Part shown: piece after piece, positions 55,480 to 64,000 of the stretch
Layout of the letters: each line of letters starts with the position of its first letter
How positions within the stretch are numbered: the stretch's first letter is position 1
Source of the DNA: Spirochaetia bacterium
GTDB lineage: Bacteria; Spirochaetota; Spirochaetia; SZUA-6; Bin103
Direction of reading: 5' to 3'
NCBI GenBank assembly: GCA_965208575.1
Contig: CBDBOV010000005.1
Span: 704,001 to 768,000 of the forward strand
Length of the DNA: 64,000 bases
Position numbers and translations under genes: made by a program
The notes under the pieces: model-generated
What the model saw: the letters and a program-made list of their open reading frames with translations, nothing else
Told to the model about the DNA's origin: nothing
The model's database searches: none

Positions 55480-56463
55480 ATGAAGGCGGAGCGCCGCAAC
55501 CCGCTGTGGATGGTCGTCGGGTTGCTGGTTGCGGCGGCGGTGGCGACGGCGCCCCTGTGGTGGGAGGCGGCGGGCAGGCTGGTGCGGTCGGGACCGCTCG
55601 CGCCGGCCTGGCCCTGGCTGGTGCCGGCGCTGCTCGGTGCGCTGGTGGCGGCACTGACGCTGGCCCCGCTGCGCGCGCCTCGCCGGCGGCGCGCAGCCGC
55701 CGCAACGCCGCCGGCGCCGTCCTCGCCGGCGCCGCGGCGGCCGGAAGCGGTCGAAGAGCGCCGGCCGGAGCCGGCCGCCGAGCGCGAGCGCGCGGCGGTC
55801 GAGGTGTGGGAGACGGCGGCGTTTGCCGAAGCGGTGCAGCGGTTCCGCGACAGCGTGGCGCTCGAGGGCGGCGTGTACCGTGTGCGCGAGCAGGTCTACG
55901 GCGTGCCCGCGGAGCCGCGCCGGTCGCTGCGCCGGGTCGCCGAGACCGTGATAACGGACGACAAGATCGCGCGCCTGGCGACCGCCGGTCAGCGCCGGCA
56001 GGTGCGCACGCGGGTGACCGGCGCGGGCGTGGACTACGATCAACTGCTGGCGCAGTTCCGCGGTACGGGCGCCGGCGACACGCGCCGGCGGGTGTTGGAA
56101 GAACAACGCGCGGCGTTGGCGGCGCACGCCGCGGTGGTGCTGGTGGAACAGGCCGCCGGCTACACGGCCAGCATCGCCGCCGGGGCGCCGCGCGTGGTCC
56201 TGAGTGCGATGGCCGTGAGCGCCGGCGACCAGCTCTACGACGAGCACCTGCGGGCGCGACGCTACGTGCTGGCCGGGCCGGGCAGCGACGTGTGTACCCG
56301 GCTGCCGTTCGCGGCCGACCGCGTGGCGCTGTTGCCGGCGACGCTTGACGGCGGGCACGCCTACCTGCTGTTCGCCGCCTCGGCGCGGGGCGACGCAGCG
56401 GCCGAGGCGAGCGGGCCGTGGTCACGGGAGAGCCTCGTGGACCGGCTCAATCTGCATCCCTGA
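55480..56463 (+). CDS. Hypothetical membrane-anchored protein
   Basis: Two N-terminal TM helices, Pro/Arg linker, globular C-terminal region; starts 1 nt after the upstream stop. Confidence 0.55.
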   Translation: MKAERRNPLWMVVGLLVAAAVATAPLWWEAAGRLVRSGPLAPAWPWLVPALLGALVAALTLAPLRAPRRRRAAAATPPAPSSPAPRRPEAVEERRPEPAAERERAAVEVWETAAFAEAVQRFRDSVALEGGVYRVREQVYGVPAEPRRSLRRVAETVITDDKIARLATAGQRRQVRTRVTGAGVDYDQLLAQFRGTGAGDTRRRVLEEQRAALAAHAAVVLVEQAAGYTASIAAGAPRVVLSAMAVSAGDQLYDEHLRARRYVLAGPGSDVCTRLPFAADRVALLPATLDGGHAYLLFAASARGDAAAEASGPWSRESLVDRLNLHP

Positions 56464-56534
56464 CCGGCGCTGCGCCCGCGCCCGCCGCGCCGCACGGCGC
56501 CGCAAGCGGCGAAGCGGCGTGCGTGGCGCTCATC

Positions 56535-56564
56535 TTGACACCGGTCGGGACCGGACAGTAGGTT
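56535..56564 (+). promoter_or_regulatory. Sigma70-type promoter of the rny operon
   Basis: TTGACA (56535-56540) - 18 nt - TAGGTT (56559-56564); GGAGGA RBS downstream. Confidence 0.55.
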
Positions 56565-56598
56565 GGCAAGTACACAACAATCATGGGGGAGGAAGTAC

Positions 56599-58134
56599 AT
56601 GCCCACCCAGTTGCCCTGGATTGTACTTTCTCTTGCCGCTGGAATTGGACTAGGTTGGCTTGTACGCTGGCTATACGCCAGACTGGAGTTGGCGTCTTCG
56701 GAACAGAAGGCGCAAAGGATCGTTAGGGACGCGAGACAGGACGCTGAAGCACGCAAGCGTGAAGCGGTCCTGGAGACGAAAGATGAGTTGTTACGAGAGC
56801 GTAACCAGTTGGAGCGGGAGACTCGGGCGCGACGAGGCGAAGTTCAGCGCCATGAGCAGCGACTGCTCCAGAAGGAAGAGAACCTAGAGAAGCGGCGAGA
56901 GGCGTTTGATCGCCAGGAGAAGCAGTTGGTCGTCCGGGAAGGGGCGATCGTAGAACGCGAGGAGGAGGTGTCGCGCGCGTCCAGGCAATGGACCGCGGAG
57001 TTGGAGCAGGTTGCAAAGCTCACCGCCGATCAGGCCAGGGAGCTGCTGGTAGGCAGCATCGAGGACGACGCCCGCCACGAAGCGCAGGCGCTGATTCACA
57101 ACATCGAAGCGGAGGCCAAGCAGACTGCCGAGCGCAAGGCGCGGGCGGTGGTGGTCAACGCGATGCAGCGCCTGGCGTCGGAGACCACTTCGGAGGTCAG
57201 CGTCACGTCGGTGAGCTTGCCGAACGACGACATGAAGGGTCGCATCATTGGCCGCGAAGGGCGCAATATCCGCACCCTCGAGAACCTGACCGGGGTCGAC
57301 ATCATTATCGACGACACCCCGGAGGCGGTGGTGCTCTCCTGTTTCGACCCGCTGCGCAAGGAGACGGCGCGTCTTGCGCTCGAACGGCTGATTTCGGATG
57401 GCCGCATCCATCCCGCTCGCATCGAGGAGATCGTGCGCAAGGTGCATCGCGATCTGGAGAAGACGATCGAGGAGGACGCCGAGCGCGTGCTGTTCGACCT
57501 CGAAATCCCGAGTATGCACCGCGACCTGGTGATGACGCTCGGACGCCTCAAGTACCGCACGAGTTACGGCCAGAACCAGCTCGCCCATGCCAAGGAGACC
57601 GCGCAGCTCGGGGCGATGATCGCGGCCGAGACCGGCGGCAACATCCAGATGAGCAAGCGTGCTTCGTTGCTGCACGACATCGGCAAGGCTATCGATACGG
57701 ACGAGAACCTCGGCCACGCGGTGACCGGCATGGAGTTGGCGCGCCGCTGCGGCGAGGACGAGGTGGTGTGCAACGCCATCGGCGCACACCACTACGATGT
57801 CGAGCCGTCGGGGGTCGAAGCGATCATCGTCCAGATCGCGGACACCATCTCGGCATCGCGGCCGGGAGCGCGGCGCGAATCCCTGGACAACTACCTGAAG
57901 CGGCTGGAGAACCTGGAGCGCATCGCAACCGGCTACGCCGGCGTCGAACGCGCCTACGCGATTCAGGCGGGCCGGGAGCTGCGCGTGATGGTCAGTACCG
58001 AGCGCGTGTCCGACGACGGCGCGCGCGAACTCGGCAGACAGGTCGCCAAGCAGATCGAAGCCGAGCTCAAGTACCCGGGGAGGATCAAGGTAACGGTGAT
58101 TCGCGAGACGCGGGTCGTAGAGTATGCACGCTGA
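56599..58134 (+). CDS. rny: Ribonuclease Y
   Basis: N-terminal TM and coiled coil, KGRIIGREGRNIR KH domain, RTSYGQN, LLHDIGK HD domain, SASRPGAR, IQAGRELRV. Confidence 0.97.
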   Translation: MPTQLPWIVLSLAAGIGLGWLVRWLYARLELASSEQKAQRIVRDARQDAEARKREAVLETKDELLRERNQLERETRARRGEVQRHEQRLLQKEENLEKRREAFDRQEKQLVVREGAIVEREEEVSRASRQWTAELEQVAKLTADQARELLVGSIEDDARHEAQALIHNIEAEAKQTAERKARAVVVNAMQRLASETTSEVSVTSVSLPNDDMKGRIIGREGRNIRTLENLTGVDIIIDDTPEAVVLSCFDPLRKETARLALERLISDGRIHPARIEEIVRKVHRDLEKTIEEDAERVLFDLEIPSMHRDLVMTLGRLKYRTSYGQNQLAHAKETAQLGAMIAAETGGNIQMSKRASLLHDIGKAIDTDENLGHAVTGMELARRCGEDEVVCNAIGAHHYDVEPSGVEAIIVQIADTISASRPGARRESLDNYLKRLENLERIATGYAGVERAYAIQAGRELRVMVSTERVSDDGARELGRQVAKQIEAELKYPGRIKVTVIRETRVVEYAR

Positions 58135-58166
58135 GGAGCCGATCGTGGCCGGTGCGGGAGCGGGAC

Positions 58167-59012
58167 GTGACTGACGGGTTGCAGGAGTTGATCGGCGCAG
58201 CGACCGCGCCGCGCCGCGCGCCCGAGCCGCTGCGGGTGTTGCTGATTGGTGACGTGGTCGGGCCATCCGGGTCGCGCGCCCTGTTCATGCACCTTGCGCG
58301 ACTCAAGAAGCGCAGTCGTTGTGACCTGGTCATTGCCAACGTCGAGAACTCCGCCGCCGGGTTCGGCCTTACCCTTGCGCAGGCGGACGAGTACGCCGGT
58401 TACGGCGTCGACGTGATGACCACCGGCAATCACATCTGGCAACAGAGGGAGATCTGGCCGCGCCTGGAGAGCGACGATCGGCTGCTCAGGCCGCACAATT
58501 ATCCCCCCACGGTGCCCGGAAAGGGCACGTGTATCGTGGAAGCCGGCGGGGTCAAGGTCGGCGTACTGAACCTGGAGGGGAGAGTTGCCATGTCGCACCT
58601 CGATTGTCCGTTCCGCGTGGCGCGCACCGAGGTCGCCAAGCTGCGCAAGGAGACGCCGCTGGTGGTGGTGGACATGCACGCGGAGAGCGTCGAGGAGAAG
58701 GAAGCGCTGGCGCTGCATCTCGACGGATCGGTGTCCGCCGTGGTCGGTACGCACACGCACGTACAGACCGCCGACGAGCGGATTCTGCCGGGCGGAACCG
58801 CCTACCTGACCGACCTGGGGATGACCGGCCCGCGCGACAGCGTGCTCGGCATGAAGTCGGATGTCGTGTTGCGCCGCGCATTGAGCCAGATGCCGTTGCG
58901 CATGGAGGTCGACGAGGGGCCGGCCGACATCTGTGGCGCGTTGCTGAGCGTGGACCGCGTCACCGGCAAGGCGATCGCCCTGGAACGAATAGTCGAGCGC
59001 GCCCGCTTGTGA
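58167..59012 (+). CDS. ymdB: YmdB/TIGR00282 family metallophosphoesterase
   Basis: IGDVVG, ENSAAG.G, TTGNH, D.HAE..EK, GTHTHVQTADE, TDLGMTGP; follows rny. Confidence 0.92.
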   Translation: MTDGLQELIGAATAPRRAPEPLRVLLIGDVVGPSGSRALFMHLARLKKRSRCDLVIANVENSAAGFGLTLAQADEYAGYGVDVMTTGNHIWQQREIWPRLESDDRLLRPHNYPPTVPGKGTCIVEAGGVKVGVLNLEGRVAMSHLDCPFRVARTEVAKLRKETPLVVVDMHAESVEEKEALALHLDGSVSAVVGTHTHVQTADERILPGGTAYLTDLGMTGPRDSVLGMKSDVVLRRALSQMPLRMEVDEGPADICGALLSVDRVTGKAIALERIVERARL

Positions 59013-59869
59013 ACAGGTCCGGCGGCGGCCGCCGGGCGAACGGCGCCCGCGAGCGGACACTGCTGGCCCGGCTATGTGAACTGCACCCGGAGCCGGGGCG
59101 CGAGCATTGGTACGCGGCGGTGTTGTGCGGGGAGGTGCGCGTCGACGGCGAACGGGTACGGGATCCGCGGCGCATGGTGACCGACGCATCCGCCGTGGCG
59201 GTGCAGCCCGAGCCGCCGCTGGCCTCGCGCGCGGGCTACAAGCTGCTCCATGCGCTCGAGCGGTTCCGCGTGCCGGTGGCCGGCAAGGTGGTGCTCGATG
59301 CCGGTTCCGCGACCGGCGGGTTCACCGACTGCCTGCTGCGGCGCGGCGCGCGCCACGTGCATTGTGTCGACGTCGCATACGGGGCGCTTGCCTATCGTCT
59401 GCGCAGCGATTCCCGCACCAGCGTTCACGAGCGCACCAACGTGATGCATCTGCACTCCGGCAGTCTGCGGCCGCAGCCGGACGGCGCCGTGTGCGACCTG
59501 TCGTTCCGGTCCCTGCGCGGCGCGGCTGCCCGGCTGCTCGATCTCACCCGCGAGGGCTGGCTGGTTGCGCTCGTCAAGCCGCAATTCGAGTGGCGTGCCG
59601 CGACCGGGCGGGCACACGGCGGTGGGGCGCGGCGGTTCGACGGACTGGTACGGGGAGCCGATGCGATCGCGGCCGTGTTCCGCGCACTGCAGGCCGACCT
59701 GGCGGTGGAAGGAGTCGAGATCAGGCGCTGCACGCCGGCCCCGCTGCCCGGCCGGCGCGGCAACCGGGAGGTGCTGGCGCTGCTCACCGCCGCGCGCTCG
59801 GTACCGGCCGGGGTGTCCGACCTGGCGGACACGGTCGATACCCTGCGCAAGGAGCTGGAGCGCTACTGA
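59009..59869 (+). CDS. tlyA: TlyA family rRNA 2'-O-methyltransferase
   Basis: S4 domain, SRAGYKL..AL, LDAGSATGGFTDCLL, ERTN, DLSFRSL, LVKPQFE, G..GN.E. Confidence 0.92.
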   Translation: MNRSGGGRRANGARERTLLARLCELHPEPGREHWYAAVLCGEVRVDGERVRDPRRMVTDASAVAVQPEPPLASRAGYKLLHALERFRVPVAGKVVLDAGSATGGFTDCLLRRGARHVHCVDVAYGALAYRLRSDSRTSVHERTNVMHLHSGSLRPQPDGAVCDLSFRSLRGAAARLLDLTREGWLVALVKPQFEWRAATGRAHGGGARRFDGLVRGADAIAAVFRALQADLAVEGVEIRRCTPAPLPGRRGNREVLALLTAARSVPAGVSDLADTVDTLRKELERY

Positions 59870-60939
59870 AACGCCTCGCGGCCGATTGGCTCGCCGACGA
59901 AGGCGCCCTCGGAGCCGAGATAGTCTATGCGTCGGCCGTCGATCAGGATCTGGACCTGCTCGACGTTGGGAAACTGCGTGGCGGAGTACACCACCTGCTG
60001 AAGCTGAATGTCGAGTCCTTCGCGGCCGAGCCGGTTGAAGCGAAAGCTCTCGCTGACGTCGACGTAAGCGATGCGTTCGCGGATGTAGACCCGGTTCAGG
60101 GTGACCGCCGGCGGAATGAGCGTGATCAGGCCGCGGCCTGATTCGCCCGCGTCCGGGCCGGCGAGCAGCGTGGCCAGCGTCTCGGTCAGGGGGGCGGCCG
60201 AGTCAGCCGCCGAGCGGGTGACGCCGGTGAGGGCGATGCCGCCGGCCGAGTCCACCGACGCAAAGTAGACGCGATGCTGCCGTGCGGCCGGCCGCGCGGC
60301 CGGGTTGGCCGCCGGCGCCCGCGGCGCTGCTTGACGGGGGGCTTCCTGACGAACGGCGGCGGCGGGAGCGGGTGGCGCCGGCTGCGGCGCCGCGGTCTCC
60401 GGCGCCTCAACCGGCGCCTCGGCAGGGGCGGGCGCGGCTGCGGGCGCGGGCGCGGTGTCGATGGCTGGCGGTGCGGCATCCGGTGCCGCCTCGACGCGCG
60501 GCGCGACCGGCGCCGGCTGCCGGTCCGCGCCTGCTTCCGGGGCGGTCGGCGGCGCATCCGGCGAGGTGCGCGGCGCCGGGCCGGCGACCGGGGCCGGGTA
60601 GACCGGCGGCAGCGGCGAGGGCTGTTCCCGGCCGGCGGCGCTGTCCATCCGGCGCTGCAGTACCTCGACCAGCTCGGTGCGTTCCATCACGTCGCGAATC
60701 GCGACCCGGTTGATCAGGAATACGGTCAGCACCAGCAGCACGACCGCCGTCCCGAACAGGTATCCCACCGACACGCGCGGCGCGGCGGTGCGCGTGCGCC
60801 CGCGCCCGCTCCGGCGGGAGCCGGCGCGGGCGGCACGGCGCCGTGGTGCGCCGCGGCGCCGCCCACGCGAACGGTATCGCTTGGCGCTGCGCGGCGCAGT
60901 GCGCGCCGCGGTGCGCGAGCCGGTGCGCTTCGTTGCCAT
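59863..60939 (-). CDS. GerMN domain membrane protein
   Basis: Basic N-terminus, TM helix, Pro/Ala linker, LLAGP...E..GL.TLIP....L, QVVYSATQFPNV..VQILIDG. Confidence 0.85.
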   Translation of the reverse strand: MATKRTGSRTAARTAPRSAKRYRSRGRRRGAPRRRAARAGSRRSGRGRTRTAAPRVSVGYLFGTAVVLLVLTVFLINRVAIRDVMERTELVEVLQRRMDSAAGREQPSPLPPVYPAPVAGPAPRTSPDAPPTAPEAGADRQPAPVAPRVEAAPDAAPPAIDTAPAPAAAPAPAEAPVEAPETAAPQPAPPAPAAAVRQEAPRQAAPRAPAANPAARPAARQHRVYFASVDSAGGIALTGVTRSAADSAAPLTETLATLLAGPDAGESGRGLITLIPPAVTLNRVYIRERIAYVDVSESFRFNRLGREGLDIQLQQVVYSATQFPNVEQVQILIDGRRIDYLGSEGAFVGEPIGREAFQ

Positions 60940-61074
60940 AGGCGTTCATTGTTAGCATCGGCAGCGGGTGGGGATACGTTGATCGGGGCGCCGCTTCGAA
61001 TCGCACCCGGCACCGACGCGGGCCGGCTCCATTGACCAGGAGCGGCGGTCCGTGGTGGGCTGGCATGCAACGCC

Positions 61075-62418
61075 ATGGCAGCGACCGTACCCCTCCTCAC
61101 CATCGTCGGCCGGCCGAACGTGGGCAAGTCCACGTTGTTCAATCGCCTGCTCGCGCGCCGTCGCGCCATCACCGCGGCCACGCCGGGCGTCACGCGCGAC
61201 GTGGTGGAGGAGGACTTCACGCTTGCCGGCATGCGTCTGCGCCTGCTGGACACCGGCGGTATAGGCGACGATGCGGGCGAATTCGGCGCGGCCGTGGCCG
61301 AGCGCGCCATGGCTGCCACCGACGGCGCCGCGGCAATCATGCTGGTGGTGGAAGCGGGCGCCGTCACGGCGGAAGACGAGCGGCTGGCCGACAGCCTGCG
61401 CGCCGCGAGCGACCGCGTGGTGGTGGTGGTGAACAAGGTGGATCATCCGGGGCGGGAGGCGGAAACTTGGGACTTTCATCGGCTCGGGTACGAGACGGTG
61501 ATCGGGGTGTCGGCCGCCCATGGCCGCAATGTCGCCGCCCTGCAGGAAGAGCTGGCGCGCCGCGTGCGGCGCGGGCGAGCGCGGCAGACCGTCGCCGAGC
61601 AGGCGCAGGACGCGACACCGGTGATCCGCCTGGTGATCGGCGGCAAACCCAACACCGGCAAGTCCACGCTGCTCAACCGGCTGCTCGGCGAGCAGCGCGC
61701 GCTGGTCAGCGCCACGCCGGGCACCACGCGCGACCCGCTGTCCGGGCGCCTCGCGCACGCCGGCGCTCAAATCGAGTTGATCGACACGGCGGGGATGCGC
61801 CGCCGCACCAAGGTACAGGACGCGGTGGAGTACTACGCCGTGAACCGCGGGGCGGCGGCGCTGGCGGATGCCGACGTGGCCGTGCTGCTGGTGGACGCGC
61901 GTGAGGGACTGGCGGAGCAGGACAAGCGAATCGCGGCCATCGCGATACGGCGCGGCGTTGCCGTGCTGATCGGGCTGAGCAAGTGGGACCTGCTTGCCGA
62001 CCGGCCGAACCTGCTGGCCGCGATGGTGGATCGCATCCGGTTTCAGTTCCCGCTGCTCCACTTCGCGCCGGTGGTACCGCTGTCGGGCCACACCGGCTTC
62101 GGGGTGGACGGCATGCTCTCCAAGGCAGTCGAGCTGCACCGGCAGCTCAGCCTCACCATCCCCACCGGGAAGCTCAACCAGGCGATCGCACGGTGGGCAC
62201 GCGAGTACGTCCCGACCTCCCGCGGGCGCGAGATCCGCGTACGGTACGCCACCCAGACCGGGACCAACCCGGTTCGATTCGTGTGCTTTCTCAACCGTGC
62301 GCGCGGCGCCGGCGCCGCCTATCGCCGGTTCCTGGAAAACCGCATCCGGCGCGAACTGGGTTTCTCCGAGGTGCCGCTGACCGTGGAGTTCCGCACCGAC
62401 GCGCCGCGGTCCCGTTGA
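61075..62418 (+). CDS. der: Ribosome biogenesis GTPase Der (EngA)
   Basis: Two GTPase domains: GRPNVGKS/DTGG/NKVD and GKPNTGKS/DTAG/SKWD; C-terminal KH-like domain. Confidence 0.96.
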   Translation: MAATVPLLTIVGRPNVGKSTLFNRLLARRRAITAATPGVTRDVVEEDFTLAGMRLRLLDTGGIGDDAGEFGAAVAERAMAATDGAAAIMLVVEAGAVTAEDERLADSLRAASDRVVVVVNKVDHPGREAETWDFHRLGYETVIGVSAAHGRNVAALQEELARRVRRGRARQTVAEQAQDATPVIRLVIGGKPNTGKSTLLNRLLGEQRALVSATPGTTRDPLSGRLAHAGAQIELIDTAGMRRRTKVQDAVEYYAVNRGAAALADADVAVLLVDAREGLAEQDKRIAAIAIRRGVAVLIGLSKWDLLADRPNLLAAMVDRIRFQFPLLHFAPVVPLSGHTGFGVDGMLSKAVELHRQLSLTIPTGKLNQAIARWAREYVPTSRGREIRVRYATQTGTNPVRFVCFLNRARGAGAAYRRFLENRIRRELGFSEVPLTVEFRTDAPRSR

Positions 62419-62643
62419 GTTGCGCCGCCGGCCGCGCCGCCCTACAGCATCGACTCCCACCTGCCGTTACTAGGATCGACGACCACACGCTGTCTGACTG
62501 AAGGATCGGCCGGCCCGCCGGGCGGTCCTACGGCGGTGGCCGCGGCGCCGTAGCGCGTCGCGCCGCCGGCGCGGTTCGTTGCAGCGCTGGCGACTGGGAG
62601 GAGAGGGTTGTGTTGCCGATCGGGCGGCACGGCTGTAAAGATC

Positions 62644-64000
62644 GTGCGGTTCACTGAAAATCGGTCCGCGTATTGTCGCTCCGGCGTGCCGCTGCGGCTG
62701 GCCCGGCGGCTCTGGCTTGCCGCGCTGGTGGCGGCGGTTGCCCTGCCTGTCACCGCCGCGAGCGCCGAGCGAGACCTGTTCAACGAAGCGGAACGCCGGT
62801 TCCGCGGCGGCAACTACGAGTTCGCGCTGGAAGCCTACGAGGAGTTCCTGGAGCGCTTTCCGCTGTCGGAGCTGAGCGCCGACGCCGCCTACCGTGCCGG
62901 CGTCGCGCAGACCCAGCTTGGGCGTTACCGCGATGCGGTAGACACGTTCGAACAGGTGCAACTGCGCCATCGCAGCACCCGGTTCCTCCCGTTCGTCAAC
63001 TTCTGGGCAGGAGTGGCGCTCTACGAGATGGAGCGCTACGACCGTGCGTCGGCGAGTCTGAGGGCGTTCGTGAACGAGAATCCCGATGCCGGCATCGTGC
63101 CGCGGGCGCTGCTCTACCTGGGCCTTGCCAATGTGTCGCTCGACGACCTGACCGGCGCCGCCGATGCGCTTGAGCAACTGCGCACGGTTCCGGAAGACTC
63201 CGAGTCGACCGCGTTCGGCGTTGTCCTGCTCGGTTACGTCTACGCCTTGCAGGGGCGCTACGTGCAGATGTTGCTGCTGACCGAGGACTATCCGCCGGAG
63301 TCGATGGACGACCGCTGGCGCGCCGAATACCTCGCTTACCGCGCCGAGGCGTACTGGCAGCTTGAGCAGTATCCGGAGGCGCAGGCCGACTACGCCGCGA
63401 TCGTCGATTCGCCGACGGTAGACGACAGCATCGCCTCGGTGGCCCTGCGGCGGCTGTTCATCGCTGCCGAGCGCAACGGCGACTTCGACCTGATGGACTC
63501 GGTTACCCTGCGCGCCGAGCTGCGCTTTCGCGAATCCCCCGAACAGCTGGCCAATTTCTGGTTGCGCCTGGGGATAGAGAATTACCGGCGGGGCAGCATC
63601 GACCTGGCGCGTTTCTTTCTGAAGCGGTCTGCCGAGCTGGGCGCCGAGAGCGAAGTGGGCAACGCGGCGGTTCTCTACCTGGCCGAGACCTACCTGAGCG
63701 GCTCCGATCCGGACGGGATACGGGAAGCAACGAGGGTGTTGACCAGCCAACAGGAGCTCTCCACCGGCAATCCGTGGCAGGTTTCCCTGCGCCTCGGCGA
63801 CGTGATGGTGCGGCAGGGCGACTTCGCCGGCGCCATCGCCCAGTACGAAAGCTTCATCCGCGCCATGAGCGAAGATCCGGATGCCAACCCGGCAGAGATC
63901 GAGCAGGCGCGTTACCTGCTCGCGTACGCGATGTACCGCGAAGGCCGTTACGACGAAGCGCTGCGGCAGGTGCGGCAGATAGACTCCGAGCCGGCGAGCG
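62644..64000 (+). CDS. Secreted tetratricopeptide-repeat protein, 3'-truncated (true frame absent from ORF track)
   Basis: Open frame to the window end: signal RRLWLAALVAAVALPVTAASA/ERDLFNEAERRFRGGNYEFALEAYEEFLERFPLS..., repeated TPR helices; start could be 62608, 62644 or 62686. Confidence 0.85.
   Translation, partial: MRFTENRSAYCRSGVPLRLARRLWLAALVAAVALPVTAASAERDLFNEAERRFRGGNYEFALEAYEEFLERFPLSELSADAAYRAGVAQTQLGRYRDAVDTFEQVQLRHRSTRFLPFVNFWAGVALYEMERYDRASASLRAFVNENPDAGIVPRALLYLGLANVSLDDLTGAADALEQLRTVPEDSESTAFGVVLLGYVYALQGRYVQMLLLTEDYPPESMDDRWRAEYLAYRAEAYWQLEQYPEAQADYAAIVDSPTVDDSIASVALRRLFIAAERNGDFDLMDSVTLRAELRFRESPEQLANFWLRLGIENYRRGSIDLARFFLKRSAELGAESEVGNAAVLYLAETYLSGSDPDGIREATRVLTSQQELSTGNPWQVSLRLGDVMVRQGDFAGAIAQYESFIRAMSEDPDANPAEIEQARYLLAYAMYREGRYDEALRQVRQIDSEPAS

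Noticed and set aside
56599-56950. Lower-GC codon usage at the 5' end of rny
   Set aside because: Protein is continuous and typical; reduced GC near a first gene's start is common; no boundary or repeat suggesting insertion
61975-61992. Der second G4 motif SKWD rather than NKWD
   Set aside because: Single conservative change with the other motifs intact; not evidence of inactivation
62673-63173. ORF-track 166-aa ORF
   Set aside because: Wrong frame; the frame containing 62644 encodes a clear signal peptide plus TPR protein running off the window

Overview
GC-rich bacterial chromosome segment, most likely from a spirochaete. This is inferred from the RpoB 'RRLNAL' signature, the S11, SecE and L33 sequences, and the rplQ..rny-ymdB-tlyA-GerMN-der and dnaE-yggT-recG gene orders. 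About 30 kb (24.3-54.8 kb) is one uninterrupted ribosomal/RNA polymerase supercluster: tRNA-Thr, rpmG, tRNA-Trp, secE-nusG-rplKAJL-rpoBC, str, S10, spc and alpha. The left 12 kb is accessory. It holds a ~2600-aa Calx-beta-repeat beta-barrel surface protein with a G21 tract in its signal-peptide coding region (probable phase variation), a divergent FGGY kinase / ARMT1-type phosphatase pair, and a small two-gene cassette. Most unusual observations: (1) the overlapping recG/rsmD stop-start junction is present in four tandem 83-bp copies, forming a chain of three coupled 30-aa mini-ORFs with signs of codon-level conservation, and a 14-bp version of the same structure occurs at rplP/rpmC; (2) the poly-G switch and compositionally foreign domains in the giant adhesin; (3) many in-frame tandem-repeat expansions in core genes; (4) resistance-type residues in RpoB (S531N equivalent) and S12 (K43R plus P91A). 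No CRISPR array, transposase, integrase, reverse transcriptase or rRNA was seen. All calls are by eye from motifs and synteny; no database search was run.
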